Made by a program: the position numbers and the translations under genes. The notes beneath the pieces are model-generated. The model worked only from the letters and a program-made list of their open reading frames with translations. It was not told where the DNA came from and searched no databases. Below are positions 26,692 through 34,933 of a stretch of DNA of 64,000 bases, piece by piece. Source of the DNA: Minisyncoccota bacterium (GTDB taxonomy: Bacteria > Patescibacteriota > Minisyncoccia > UBA6257 > XYB1-36-10); assembly GCA_041651415.1 (NCBI GenBank), contig JBAZJH010000001.1, positions 87,713 through 151,712 on the forward strand. The letters run 5' to 3'. Within the stretch, counting starts at the first letter, position 1. Every line of letters begins with the position of its first letter.

Positions 26692-28653
26692 GTGATGAAA
26701 AGTTTTAAGAAGCAAAGAGCGTTTTTTGCGGCGGCGATTTTTATATTGGCGGCGGCGAGCGGATTTTCAGATTCAGTGAAAGATTGGAGAAAAGATATAG
26801 AGGTTGGGGATATTCTTTATGACCCGATTGGCGCTGTTATTGACTTGAAGATAATTGAATCAGTCAAAACGGGACATATAGGAATTTATGTGGGAGACGT
26901 TGAATATGGAGGAATAATTTGGCCGAATCAAGTGATTGAAGCAACACTTGTTGGTGGCGGAGTTTATATGATTGGAATAGAGGTTTGGGATTATCCGACG
27001 ACGAAAGAAGCTTGGATTCTCAGACCTAAAGCTCCGTCTGAATTAAAGAGAAAGGCGGTAGAATTTACTGAAAGCCAAATCGGAAAAGGATATACAAAGC
27101 TTAACTTTTTTTCAAGAAATCCTAGTCCGAATAACGAGCGTTGGTATTGTAGTGAACTTATTTGGGCGGCTTATTTTCAAGAAGGGAAGGGAATTGATTT
27201 GGCTAGCGTAAATATCGAGGAGGTGGGCGGAATAATAAATTCTGCCGTGTCGCCGCTTGATATTTTTGTTGATGACGACGTTTATTCTGTAAGCTATCAC
27301 GGAGATTACGATGTGATTCCGGAAGATGCTTTCAGAGTGTATAACGCAAATTTAGGGACGAGATATTTTTCCTTAAAAGAGGCGATAGAGGAAAAGTACT
27401 TGCGAGAGGGTGACATTATTTTAATTGAACCCGGAGGTTATCTGGGGGGAGGAAAAGTAGAAGAAAAGGGAGTAGTTTTGCGAGCGGTGGATTTTGACAA
27501 AGAAAGAAGAGTGGCAAAAACGGTAATTAGATCAGTAAAGAGCGTATTACAAACACTAGCTGATCTTGTTTCTTTTGAAGACCGGCCGACGGTGATCACA
27601 ATTTTATCTTCGGATGTGGTTTTAGAGGGGCTAACTATCACCGGGGCTTGGGGGAGCGAGGAAGTCGGAGGAATAAAAATAACAGAAGGAGCGGATAATT
27701 GCCGAATCTCCAATTGTATTTTATTCAATAATCCGTATGGAGTCGGAGCGGTTGATTCCTCCCATCATGTAATCAGAGACAATTCTTTTCTTTTTAACGA
27801 TTATGGCATTGGGTTTGTCCGATCTTACGGCGGCGAAGTTTTTAAGAATAGGATTGAGGGAAGTTTTAAGAAAGGATTTGTCGCAGGTGAGAATGAAGAA
27901 GCGTGCGCTTCAACGGCAGCGGTTGAAGAAATTCCGGGAAGCGATGTTCTTTTGTCTCCTTATAGAGATTTAAGGGATAAAATTCTTAAACCGCAGACAG
28001 TTTCCGATTACTATCGGTTTTCTTTGCCGGTTTTAGAAGTTTTTCGGAAAGATAAAAACTTAAAGAAGGAAGCTAGAGAGCTGATTTCTTTTTGGTCGCC
28101 GAAGATAAAACTTTTTTTTTCTGAAAATAAAGATTTTGAAATTAGAAGAGAAGAGGCGGAAAGAACGGCGGAGTTTTTGGAAAAACTTTCCGGTGGCTTG
28201 GAGAATTCTGAAACAAAAATTTTTGTGGAGAATCTTCTGAAAGAGGCGGAAATATCCGGCGGGAAAAAATTCAGCGAAGCGGTAAAAAATTCCTCGTTTT
28301 TTGAAGAAAAAAAATCTTCCACGAAGGCAAAGACGGAAAATTCCAAAAAGCCGACCTTTGTTTATTTAAATGATTTTTTAAATAACAAAGAATGGTCGGT
28401 TGGAAATTATCCGGAAGGATTGTTCTATTGGTTCTCGCCCGCCGAAATAAATTATTGTTTTAATAATAAAAATTTTTTCGGATTTCTTGGAAACTATTGG
28501 GGAGAGCCGGCAATGTCTTTTTTGGATAAAGACGGGAATGGAATTGGAGACAGCGCTTATGGCAATGATCTTTATCCTTTAATGGAGGGAGAGGATTGTT
28601 ATGGAAAAAAGAAGGCGGAAAAAACGGAAGTTTCGGATTGGATTTTATATTGA
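26692..28653 (+). CDS. Secreted multidomain protein: an N-terminal permuted papain-fold (NlpC/P60-like, His-before-Cys) domain, central right-handed beta-helix repeats and a C-terminal Asp/Gly-rich module.
   Basis: Signal peptide. HIGIYVGD (His) precedes WYCSELIWAAY (Cys) in the order typical of permuted NlpC/P60 (YiiX/YaeF-like) enzymes. Beta-helix rungs are …ITGAWGSEEVGGIKITEGADNCRISNCILFNNPYGVGAVDSSHHVIRDNSF…. The C-terminus is DKDGNGIGDSAYGNDLYPL. Confidence 0.6.
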   Translation: MMKSFKKQRAFFAAAIFILAAASGFSDSVKDWRKDIEVGDILYDPIGAVIDLKIIESVKTGHIGIYVGDVEYGGIIWPNQVIEATLVGGGVYMIGIEVWDYPTTKEAWILRPKAPSELKRKAVEFTESQIGKGYTKLNFFSRNPSPNNERWYCSELIWAAYFQEGKGIDLASVNIEEVGGIINSAVSPLDIFVDDDVYSVSYHGDYDVIPEDAFRVYNANLGTRYFSLKEAIEEKYLREGDIILIEPGGYLGGGKVEEKGVVLRAVDFDKERRVAKTVIRSVKSVLQTLADLVSFEDRPTVITILSSDVVLEGLTITGAWGSEEVGGIKITEGADNCRISNCILFNNPYGVGAVDSSHHVIRDNSFLFNDYGIGFVRSYGGEVFKNRIEGSFKKGFVAGENEEACASTAAVEEIPGSDVLLSPYRDLRDKILKPQTVSDYYRFSLPVLEVFRKDKNLKKEARELISFWSPKIKLFFSENKDFEIRREEAERTAEFLEKLSGGLENSETKIFVENLLKEAEISGGKKFSEAVKNSSFFEEKKSSTKAKTENSKKPTFVYLNDFLNNKEWSVGNYPEGLFYWFSPAEINYCFNNKNFFGFLGNYWGEPAMSFLDKDGNGIGDSAYGNDLYPLMEGEDCYGKKKAEKTEVSDWILY

Positions 28654-28743
28654 TTTTTGTGTTTTCTAAAGCTTCGGTTTAGTCCGGAGCTTTTTATTTT
28701 TTAGCAAGAACTGGGAGTGAAAGTTTTTTTGGAGCAATTCTTT

Positions 28744-28781
28744 GCATCCACGTTTGGTACATATGTACCAAATATGGATGC
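28744..28781. repeat. Family B palindrome, type 2, second copy (GCATCCACGTTTGGTACATATGTACCAAATATGGATGC).
   Basis: An imperfect palindrome with the same core, lying downstream of the 653-aa gene. Confidence 0.7.
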
Positions 28782-28802
28782 GGGAAAATAGAAAAAATTT
28801 TG

Positions 28803-28838
28803 TAGCATCAATGGGTACATATGTACCTATTGATGCTA
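28803..28838. repeat. Family B palindrome, type 1, second copy (TAGCATCAATGGGTACATATGTACCTATTGATGCTA).
   Basis: It mirrors the 26419 copy, so the arrangement around the gene is type1-type2-[gene]-type2-type1. Confidence 0.8.
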
Positions 28839-28970
28839 AATGAAAAAAGTTTTAAATGCGGAGATTTAATAAAAAATAATTTAATAGTAGTGTCAGTTAT
28901 AAATTTTAATGAAAAGATAAAAAAGTTTTCAACACGAGAAAGAAAAATTTTTCTGATATAATTTAAAAAA

Positions 28971-30653
28971 GTGTCTGAAATATTTTTACAACTGGGAATC
29001 GTAATGGGAGTGGCGATTATCGTGACAGCCGCGACGAGATTTTTGAAGCAACCTTTGATTGTCAGCTATATAATCACCGGACTTATTATCAGCGTCGGCA
29101 TTGGCAATGTTTACGATTTTTCCATTTTGGAATCTTTTGCTCATCTTGGAGCAATTTTGCTTTTGTTTTTGGTGGGTTTGGGATTAAATCCGGAACTGGT
29201 TCGAGAAATGAGTCGAACGGCGTTTTTGACCGGACTCTGGCAGATAATTTTTACTTCGGTTTTAGGTTATCTGATTGGGGTGGCTTTAGGATTTAGCGAG
29301 ATCACTTCTTTATATCTTGCGGTAGCTTTCACTTTTTCAAGCACAGTTATTGTAGTGAAGCTGCTGCACGAAAGAAAAGACGAAGAAACTCTTTACGGAA
29401 GAATCGTTATCGGGCTACTTCTGGTTCAAGATTTAGTGGCGATGATTTTTCTTATTTTTGTTTCCGCTTTCAGTAAAATCGGAGAAGGAGGCATAGGAAG
29501 TTTAATGAGTTTATCTTTGTTTAATTTATCGGCGATTACTCTTTGTTCTTTTATTTTAGGATATTACATCATTCCAAAGGTGGATAAGATTTTTGCCAAG
29601 AGTTCCGAAGCTCTTTTTATATTTTCTTTGACGGTGTGTTTTGCGGTAGTGGCGGCTTTTTATCTTCTTGATTTCCCGATAGAAATCGGAGCGCTTTTGG
29701 CGGGCGTGATTTTAGCTTCCTCTCCCTATCAAAGAGAGATAGCATCAAGAATCAAGCCGTTGCGGGATTTCTTTTTGGTTATCTTTTTTGTGATGCTTGG
29801 GTTTTCCATGAATTTGGAAAGCATAACGCAATTTTGGAAGGAAGCGGCGGTTTTTTCGGTTTTTATTTTAATCGGCAATCCGCTTGTGATGATGGTGGTA
29901 ATGAGGCTTCTCGGATATTCCAAAAAAACGGGATTTTATTCAGGGCTGGCAGTTGCTCAAATCAGCGAATTTTCACTGGTGCTTCTTTCGCTTGGAGCGA
30001 CGCTTAATCACATTGACCAAGCGATGGTGAGTTTTGGAACTTTGGTCGGGCTTATTACAATAACAGTTTCTTCATATATGATTTTTTATGCGGATAAGCT
30101 CTATAATATTTTAAAAGATTATCTTTTCATTTTTGACGTGAAAGAGGCGAAAGAAAAAGAAGAAAAAAAGAAACAAAAAAATTATGGCGTGGTAGTTTTC
30201 GGTTTTCATCGGCTGGGAGGAGGAATTTTGAAATATCTGAAAAAAACGAGGACATCTATTTTGGTGGTGGATTATGACCCGGAAGTGGTGGAAGATTTGA
30301 AGAGAAAGAAAATAGACACGCAGTTTGGAGACGCAAGCGATTTGTCCTTCTTGGAAACTTTGCCGCTTCGAAAGGCAAAATTGGTGGTTTCCACCATTCC
30401 GGAAATGGAGGATAATTTGACGATTTTAAAATATCTAAAAAAGATAAAGGCGGGAGCGGCGACAATTGTGGTGGCGGAATATTATGAAGACGCAAAAAAG
30501 CTTTATCGCGAAGGGGCGGAATATGTGGTGATGCCGCCGCATCTTGGAAGAAGGTATATCGGGGAATTAGTCGGTCAGCTTCGTTTTGATAAAAAGAAAT
30601 ACAGTCACGAAAGAAAGAGGCATTTAAAAGAAATAGAAATGGCGGAAAAATAA
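28971..30653 (+). CDS. Monovalent cation:proton antiporter-2 (KefB-like) with a C-terminal TrkA-N/RCK domain.
   Basis: 560 aa with a GTG start. It has about 12 TM helices typical of CPA2, then VVVFGFHRLGGGILKYL…ILVVDYDPEVVEDL…, a Rossmann RCK fold. Confidence 0.85.
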   Translation: MSEIFLQLGIVMGVAIIVTAATRFLKQPLIVSYIITGLIISVGIGNVYDFSILESFAHLGAILLLFLVGLGLNPELVREMSRTAFLTGLWQIIFTSVLGYLIGVALGFSEITSLYLAVAFTFSSTVIVVKLLHERKDEETLYGRIVIGLLLVQDLVAMIFLIFVSAFSKIGEGGIGSLMSLSLFNLSAITLCSFILGYYIIPKVDKIFAKSSEALFIFSLTVCFAVVAAFYLLDFPIEIGALLAGVILASSPYQREIASRIKPLRDFFLVIFFVMLGFSMNLESITQFWKEAAVFSVFILIGNPLVMMVVMRLLGYSKKTGFYSGLAVAQISEFSLVLLSLGATLNHIDQAMVSFGTLVGLITITVSSYMIFYADKLYNILKDYLFIFDVKEAKEKEEKKKQKNYGVVVFGFHRLGGGILKYLKKTRTSILVVDYDPEVVEDLKRKKIDTQFGDASDLSFLETLPLRKAKLVVSTIPEMEDNLTILKYLKKIKAGAATIVVAEYYEDAKKLYREGAEYVVMPPHLGRRYIGELVGQLRFDKKKYSHERKRHLKEIEMAEK

Positions 30654-30655
30654 AT

Positions 30656-30690
30656 ACCCTCTGATGTAATTGTATAGTCAGAGGGTATTA
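30656..30690. terminator. Bidirectional hairpin (ataccctctga…tcagagggtat) between convergent genes.
   Basis: 11-bp stem read from the sequence. A related hairpin occurs at 30975-31003 (ataccctcctaaaataggagggtat). Confidence 0.45.
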
Positions 30691-30711
30691 GATAATGATT
30701 GTGTTTAAAAT

Positions 30712-30894
30712 TTAAAATAACAAAAGTAAAGAAGAAAAAAGAGAAAGAGAAAGGAAGGCGCAAAGAAATAGCCACTTAGCCGCTCTTTTTTCTTCCACTA
30801 ACGCCGCTATAATTGTAGCGACAATGAAACTGATTGAAAGGATGCAGAAAAATAAACAAAGAATGCCAATAAGACTTGAAGGGAAAGAAAACAT
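30712..30894 (-). CDS. 60-aa two-TM mini membrane protein (paralog 1 of 3).
   Basis: MFSFPSSLIGILCLFFCILSISFIVATIIAALVEEKRAAKWLFLCAFLSLSLFSSLLLLF. SD AAGGAG. Its own sigma70-like promoter lies upstream. Confidence 0.5.
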   Translation of the reverse strand: MFSFPSSLIGILCLFFCILSISFIVATIIAALVEEKRAAKWLFLCAFLSLSLFSSLLLLF

Positions 30895-30924
30895 TTTTAA
30901 CTCCTTTTTTTACTTTGATTTTAC

Positions 30925-30960
30925 TTCTTATATTATACTCTCTTTTTTTTAAGTTGTCAA
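30925..30960 (-). promoter_or_regulatory. Near-consensus sigma70-type promoter, TTGACA-17-TATAAT, on the minus strand for the 30712..30894 gene.
   Basis: The reverse complement reads gattgacaacttaaaaaaaagagagtataatataagaagtaaaatcaaagtaaaaaaaggagttaaaaATG. Confidence 0.55.
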
Positions 30961-31030
30961 TCTCCTAGACAAGAAAATGAAATACCCTCCTAAAATAGGA
31001 GGGTATAAGAAAGATTGGAAATAAAAAACA

Positions 31031-31195
31031 TCAGATGGAAAGTAGCAAGGAACAGAACAGCAAAAAAAGAAAAACAACCGCAGAAATGGATGACCATTTA
31101 AAAATCCTGTCATCAGCCGATAAAAAACCGGCTGCGACCGCAAGAGCAACGGAAAACGAAAAAAGCAAAAGAAATAGAAACGAAAGTATAGCCAT
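31031..31195 (-). CDS. Unlisted 54-aa two-TM mini membrane protein (paralog 2 of 3).
   Basis: MAILSFLFLLLFSFSVALAVAAGFLSADDRIFKWSSISAVVFLFLLFCSLLLSI. SD AGGAGAGGG precedes the start. Its promoter and 5'UTR are near-identical to those of paralog 1. Confidence 0.45.
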   Translation of the reverse strand: MAILSFLFLLLFSFSVALAVAAGFLSADDRIFKWSSISAVVFLFLLFCSLLLSI

Positions 31196-31228
31196 TTCCC
31201 TCTCCTTTTTTATTGTATTTTACTTTTT

Positions 31229-31260
31229 ATATTATACTCCTATTTACTAATTTTGTCAAT
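31229..31260 (-). promoter_or_regulatory. Consensus sigma70-type promoter, TTGACA-17-TATAAT, on the minus strand for the 31031..31195 gene.
   Basis: The reverse complement reads agattgacaaaattagtaaataggagtataatataaaaagtaaaatacaa. The 5'UTR is conserved with the copy at 30925. Confidence 0.55.
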
Positions 31261-31304
31261 CTAAAAAAATCCCTCGCTTTTGAAAGCGAGGGGGGAGAAA
31301 AATA

Positions 31305-31757
31305 CTATTCGGAGACAGAGGGGGAGGCAGAAGGGATTTGAGTCGAAGAGAAAAAATCGGTTTCGAATTCTTTATTCTTGTATTGGAAATATTCAGGCGG
31401 TTTTTCTGAAAGAAAGTAGAAATAAGACTTTCCACTCGGTTCTTCTAATCTTACTAACCATTTTCCTTTTTCAACTTCTGCTGAAAAAATGGTTTTCTGA
31501 GGGGTAGAAGAAGAAATAAACCATTCCCTTAAAATAATATCTTCGGGGATAAGAAAAAAAACAAGAAAGAAAACAAAAATTAAAAAGAAAAGGGAACTAA
31601 GAATAGCAAAGAAAACAGATTCTCTTTCTTTTTTCTTCTCTTTTTTTCTTTCCTCTTCTAACTTTGAAAAAAAAGCGAAAAGAGAAAGAAAACTCCCAGC
31701 CAAACAAAAAGAAAAAACCAAAATAAAGGCAACTTTTATTTCAAAAATCGGTTCCAT
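31305..31757 (-). CDS. 150-aa membrane protein (paralog 3) with the same TM/charged-linker/TM N-terminus plus a C-terminal soluble extension.
   Basis: MEPIFEIKVAFILVFSFCLAGSFLSLFAFFSKLEEERKKEKKKERESVFFAILSSLFFLIFVFFLVFFLIP… A TTGACA-17-TAAAAT promoter and an AAGGAG SD are present. Confidence 0.5.
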   Translation of the reverse strand: MEPIFEIKVAFILVFSFCLAGSFLSLFAFFSKLEEERKKEKKKERESVFFAILSSLFFLIFVFFLVFFLIPEDIILREWFISSSTPQKTIFSAEVEKGKWLVRLEEPSGKSYFYFLSEKPPEYFQYKNKEFETDFFSSTQIPSASPSVSE

Positions 31758-31818
31758 TTCTATCTCCTTCTAGAAGGAAAATTGGGTGTAAATAATTCTG
31801 GGCATATTTTATGCGAGT

Positions 31819-32646
31819 TTGTTATTTTTGTCAATATGGCGAGAGAGAGCAGAATATGCGATAATAGACAAGCAAATGAGCAATTATTACAAACCAAACA
31901 GAAATCCGAATTGGAATTATGGCGGAGCGAATTTTCGCTTAAGCCGTTCGAAAATTGATTTATTCACGGAATGTCCGCGATGTTTTTATATAGACAACAA
32001 ATTGGGAGTGGCACGGCCGCCCGGATATCCGTTTTCGCTAAACTCGGCGGTGGACACGCTTTTAAAAAAAGAATTTGATATTCATCGGGCAAAAGGAGAG
32101 CCGCATCCTTTAATGAAAGAATATGGAATTGAAGCGGTGCCATATGTAAGCGAGAGAATGGACGAATGGCGGGATTCTTTAAGAAGAGGAATCCAGTTTT
32201 TTCATGAGCCAACCGGGCTTCTTATTTCCGGCGGAGTGGACGATGTTTGGGAAAACACGAAAGGAGAATTAATAATCGCGGATTACAAAGCGACAAGCAA
32301 AGAAGGAGAAGTGAACTTGGACGCAGAGTGGCAGAACGGATATAAAAGACAGATGGAAGTTTATCAATGGCTTTTCAGGCGAAACGGGTTTAAAGTTTCG
32401 GATATCGGTTATTTTGTTTATGTTAATGGAAAAACAGACCGGAAAGCTTTTGACGGCAAACTGGAGTTTGACGTAAAGATAATTCCATACAAAGGAGACG
32501 ATTCCTGGGTGGAAGGGACGATAAAAGAAATAAAAAAGTGTTTGGACGGAAAGAAGGTTCCGGAGGCGGCGGGGGAATGCGATTATTGCCGGTATCGCGG
32601 AGCGGTGGAAGAGGCAGTTGCCAAAAAACCGCAAAGATTGTTATAA
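31819..32646 (+). CDS. Cas4-like/RecB-family PD-(D/E)XK nuclease with Fe-S cysteines.
   Basis: 275 aa. N-terminal CPRCFY, then GGVDDVWENTKGELIIADYKAT (D…ExK-like motifs II/III), QMEVYQW (QxxxY), then C-terminal Cys (…KKCLDG…ECDYCRYRG). This is the Cas4/AddB-type arrangement. Confidence 0.6.
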   Translation: MLFLSIWRERAEYAIIDKQMSNYYKPNRNPNWNYGGANFRLSRSKIDLFTECPRCFYIDNKLGVARPPGYPFSLNSAVDTLLKKEFDIHRAKGEPHPLMKEYGIEAVPYVSERMDEWRDSLRRGIQFFHEPTGLLISGGVDDVWENTKGELIIADYKATSKEGEVNLDAEWQNGYKRQMEVYQWLFRRNGFKVSDIGYFVYVNGKTDRKAFDGKLEFDVKIIPYKGDDSWVEGTIKEIKKCLDGKKVPEAAGECDYCRYRGAVEEAVAKKPQRLL

Positions 32647-32678
32647 TTCTCAAGAATTAATTGTATAATTAAGAACTT

Positions 32679-34211
32679 ATGTCATATTTTAAAAAATCTT
32701 TTTCTTATGTCAGAAAGCATAAGATAATAACCGGAGTCGCTTTAGCAGTTTTTTTAATCGTTATTTATTATTTTTTCGGCGGGAGCGAAGAAAAATCTCC
32801 TTACGAATTTTATGCGGTGGACAGAGGCGAAGTGGTTCAAGAAGTTTCAACGACAGGAAAAGTAAAAGCGGCAAGCGAAGCGGATTTGTCTTTTGATAAA
32901 TCGGGGATTGTGGCGGGAGTTTTTGTAAGCGAAGGAACTTATGTTTATTCCGGGCAGGAACTGGCAAAAATAAGCGATACGGAATTAAAAACCCAGCTTT
33001 TGGAAGCGGAGGCAAACTTAAGAGCGCAGGAAATAAAATCCGGGCAGTTAAAGGGAGGAACAAGAACGGAAGAAATAAAGATAGCGGAAAATGATTTAAA
33101 CAATGCTTATCTACCGGTAGCGGATATTTTAAATGACGCTAAAAACGGCGTGGAGGATGCTTTGTATAAACAGATAGACCAAATTTTTGACAACGACAAC
33201 ACGGCGCCGCAATTAACTTTCACAATCTCCGACACGCAACTTAAAACGGATTCGGAAGCGGGAAGATTGACGGCGGAGGGAAGCTTATTGGAAATCAAAG
33301 AAGAAATTTCCGCTTTGAAAATAGGCGATCACAGTTCTTTAGATAAATCTTTAAATGCGGTGAAAACTCAACTTTTGAAAGTGGCGGATTTTCTTTCTAC
33401 AGTTTTAAAAACAGTGAATGTGGAAGCCAATTTAAGCGATACGACTGTTGCCACATATAAAACTAATATCGGGACGGCAAGAACAAACACGCAGGCGGCG
33501 ATTGAAGCGATAACAACCCAACAGAAGACAATTTCCAGCGCGCAAAAAGACTTGGATTTGAAAGTGGCTGGTTCAACAGCGGAAGATATAAGCTATCAAG
33601 AGGCGCAAGTAGAAAAAGCGCAGGCGCAGGTTGATAATATCAAAAGCCAGATAATGAGGACTATGATTATTTCTCCGATAAATGCGGTGGTGACAAAAAG
33701 AAATATAGAAGCGGGAGAATTTGTGGGAGCGGGAACAGTGGCCTTTTCGGTTATTTCGAGCAACAGATTTGAAGTTGAAAGCAATGTGCCGGAGGTTGAT
33801 ATAGCAAAAATAAAAGCGGGGAATGTTGCTAAAGTGACTTTAGATGCTTACGGACCGGATGAAGTTTTCGGAGCGAGAGTGGTAAAAATAAATCCGGGAG
33901 AAACGGTGATTGAGGGAGTTTCTACCTATAAGATAACCCTTTCTTTTGATGAATATAATGAAAAGATAAAACCGGGAATGACGGCGAATATCGATATAGA
34001 AACGGATAAAAAAGAAGGAGTAATAAGATTACCACAAAGAGCGATAACGAGAGATGAGGGAAAAAGCATGATAAGAATTTATCCGGAAGAAGATGGAAAA
34101 ACTCCGGAAGAAAAAGAAATAAAAACCGGACTTCGCGGTTCAGACGGAATGGTGGAGATAATTTCTGGGGTGACGGAAGGCGAGAAAGTTATTACTTTTG
34201 AAAAGAAATAA
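32679..34211 (+). CDS. Efflux periplasmic adaptor (MacA/HlyD family).
   Basis: 510 aa with an N-terminal TM anchor, a biotin-lipoyl-like fold, a long coiled-coil hairpin and a beta-barrel (…VESNVPEVDIAKIKAGNVAKVTLDAYG…). Confidence 0.8.
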   Translation: MSYFKKSFSYVRKHKIITGVALAVFLIVIYYFFGGSEEKSPYEFYAVDRGEVVQEVSTTGKVKAASEADLSFDKSGIVAGVFVSEGTYVYSGQELAKISDTELKTQLLEAEANLRAQEIKSGQLKGGTRTEEIKIAENDLNNAYLPVADILNDAKNGVEDALYKQIDQIFDNDNTAPQLTFTISDTQLKTDSEAGRLTAEGSLLEIKEEISALKIGDHSSLDKSLNAVKTQLLKVADFLSTVLKTVNVEANLSDTTVATYKTNIGTARTNTQAAIEAITTQQKTISSAQKDLDLKVAGSTAEDISYQEAQVEKAQAQVDNIKSQIMRTMIISPINAVVTKRNIEAGEFVGAGTVAFSVISSNRFEVESNVPEVDIAKIKAGNVAKVTLDAYGPDEVFGARVVKINPGETVIEGVSTYKITLSFDEYNEKIKPGMTANIDIETDKKEGVIRLPQRAITRDEGKSMIRIYPEEDGKTPEEKEIKTGLRGSDGMVEIISGVTEGEKVITFEKK

Positions 34212-34932
34212 AAAATTGTTTTTAATTGAGGCAAAAAATTTAGAAATGGTTTATGAAGACGGCGACACAAAAACCGTTGCTTTGAAGAATGTTGATTTTT
34301 CAGCGAAAAAAGGAGAGTTTGTGGCTATTATGGGACCTTCCGGAAGCGGAAAATCAACCCTGCTTCATGTGTTAGGGTTTTTAGACCGGAACACTTCCGG
34401 GGAATATCGGTTTGATGGAAAATTAATAGATGAACTAAACGACGAAGAATTGGCGCAAACGAGAAATAAGAAAATGGGTTTTGTATTTCAGGCGTTTAAT
34501 TTACTCTCTAGAACTTCGGTTTTGGAAAATGTGAAGCTGCCTCTTTTATATGCCAAGAAGAGCGATGCGGAAGCGGAGAAAATAGCTACAAAAGCAATAG
34601 AAGGAGTAGGGCTTTTGCATAGAATAAACCATGAGCCGTCTGAACTTTCCGGCGGAGAAAAACAAAGAGTGGCGATAGCGAGAGCTTTAGTGAATGATCC
34701 GCTTGTAATTTTTGCGGATGAGCCGACCGGAAATTTGGATTCGAAATCCGGAGAAAATATAATGGATATTCTTTATGATTTGAGTGAAAAAGGGAAAACA
34801 GTGGTTTTGATAACGCACGAGAGACAAACGGCGGAATATGCCGATAGAATTATTCATTTAAAGGACGGAGAAATGGAAAAAGAGGAAAAACTGCCAAGAG
34901 GAAAAGGGGCGAGAGGAGGAGGCATAAAATAA
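34198..34932 (+). CDS. ABC transporter ATP-binding protein (MacB/LolD-like).
   Basis: Walker A GPSGSGKST, signature LSGGEKQR, Walker B VIFADEPTGNLD and an H-loop. It overlaps the macA stop and probably uses a TTG/ATG start. Confidence 0.9.
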   Translation: MKRNKKLFLIEAKNLEMVYEDGDTKTVALKNVDFSAKKGEFVAIMGPSGSGKSTLLHVLGFLDRNTSGEYRFDGKLIDELNDEELAQTRNKKMGFVFQAFNLLSRTSVLENVKLPLLYAKKSDAEAEKIATKAIEGVGLLHRINHEPSELSGGEKQRVAIARALVNDPLVIFADEPTGNLDSKSGENIMDILYDLSEKGKTVVLITHERQTAEYADRIIHLKDGEMEKEEKLPRGKGARGGGIK

Positions 34933-34933
34933 A

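Noticed and set aside
31035-31250. ORF 31035..31250 (+), MESSKEQNSKKRK…
   Set aside because: It is exactly antisense to the better-supported 54-aa TM micro-gene 31031..31195 (-), which has an SD and a consensus promoter. An antisense RNA is possible but unsupported.
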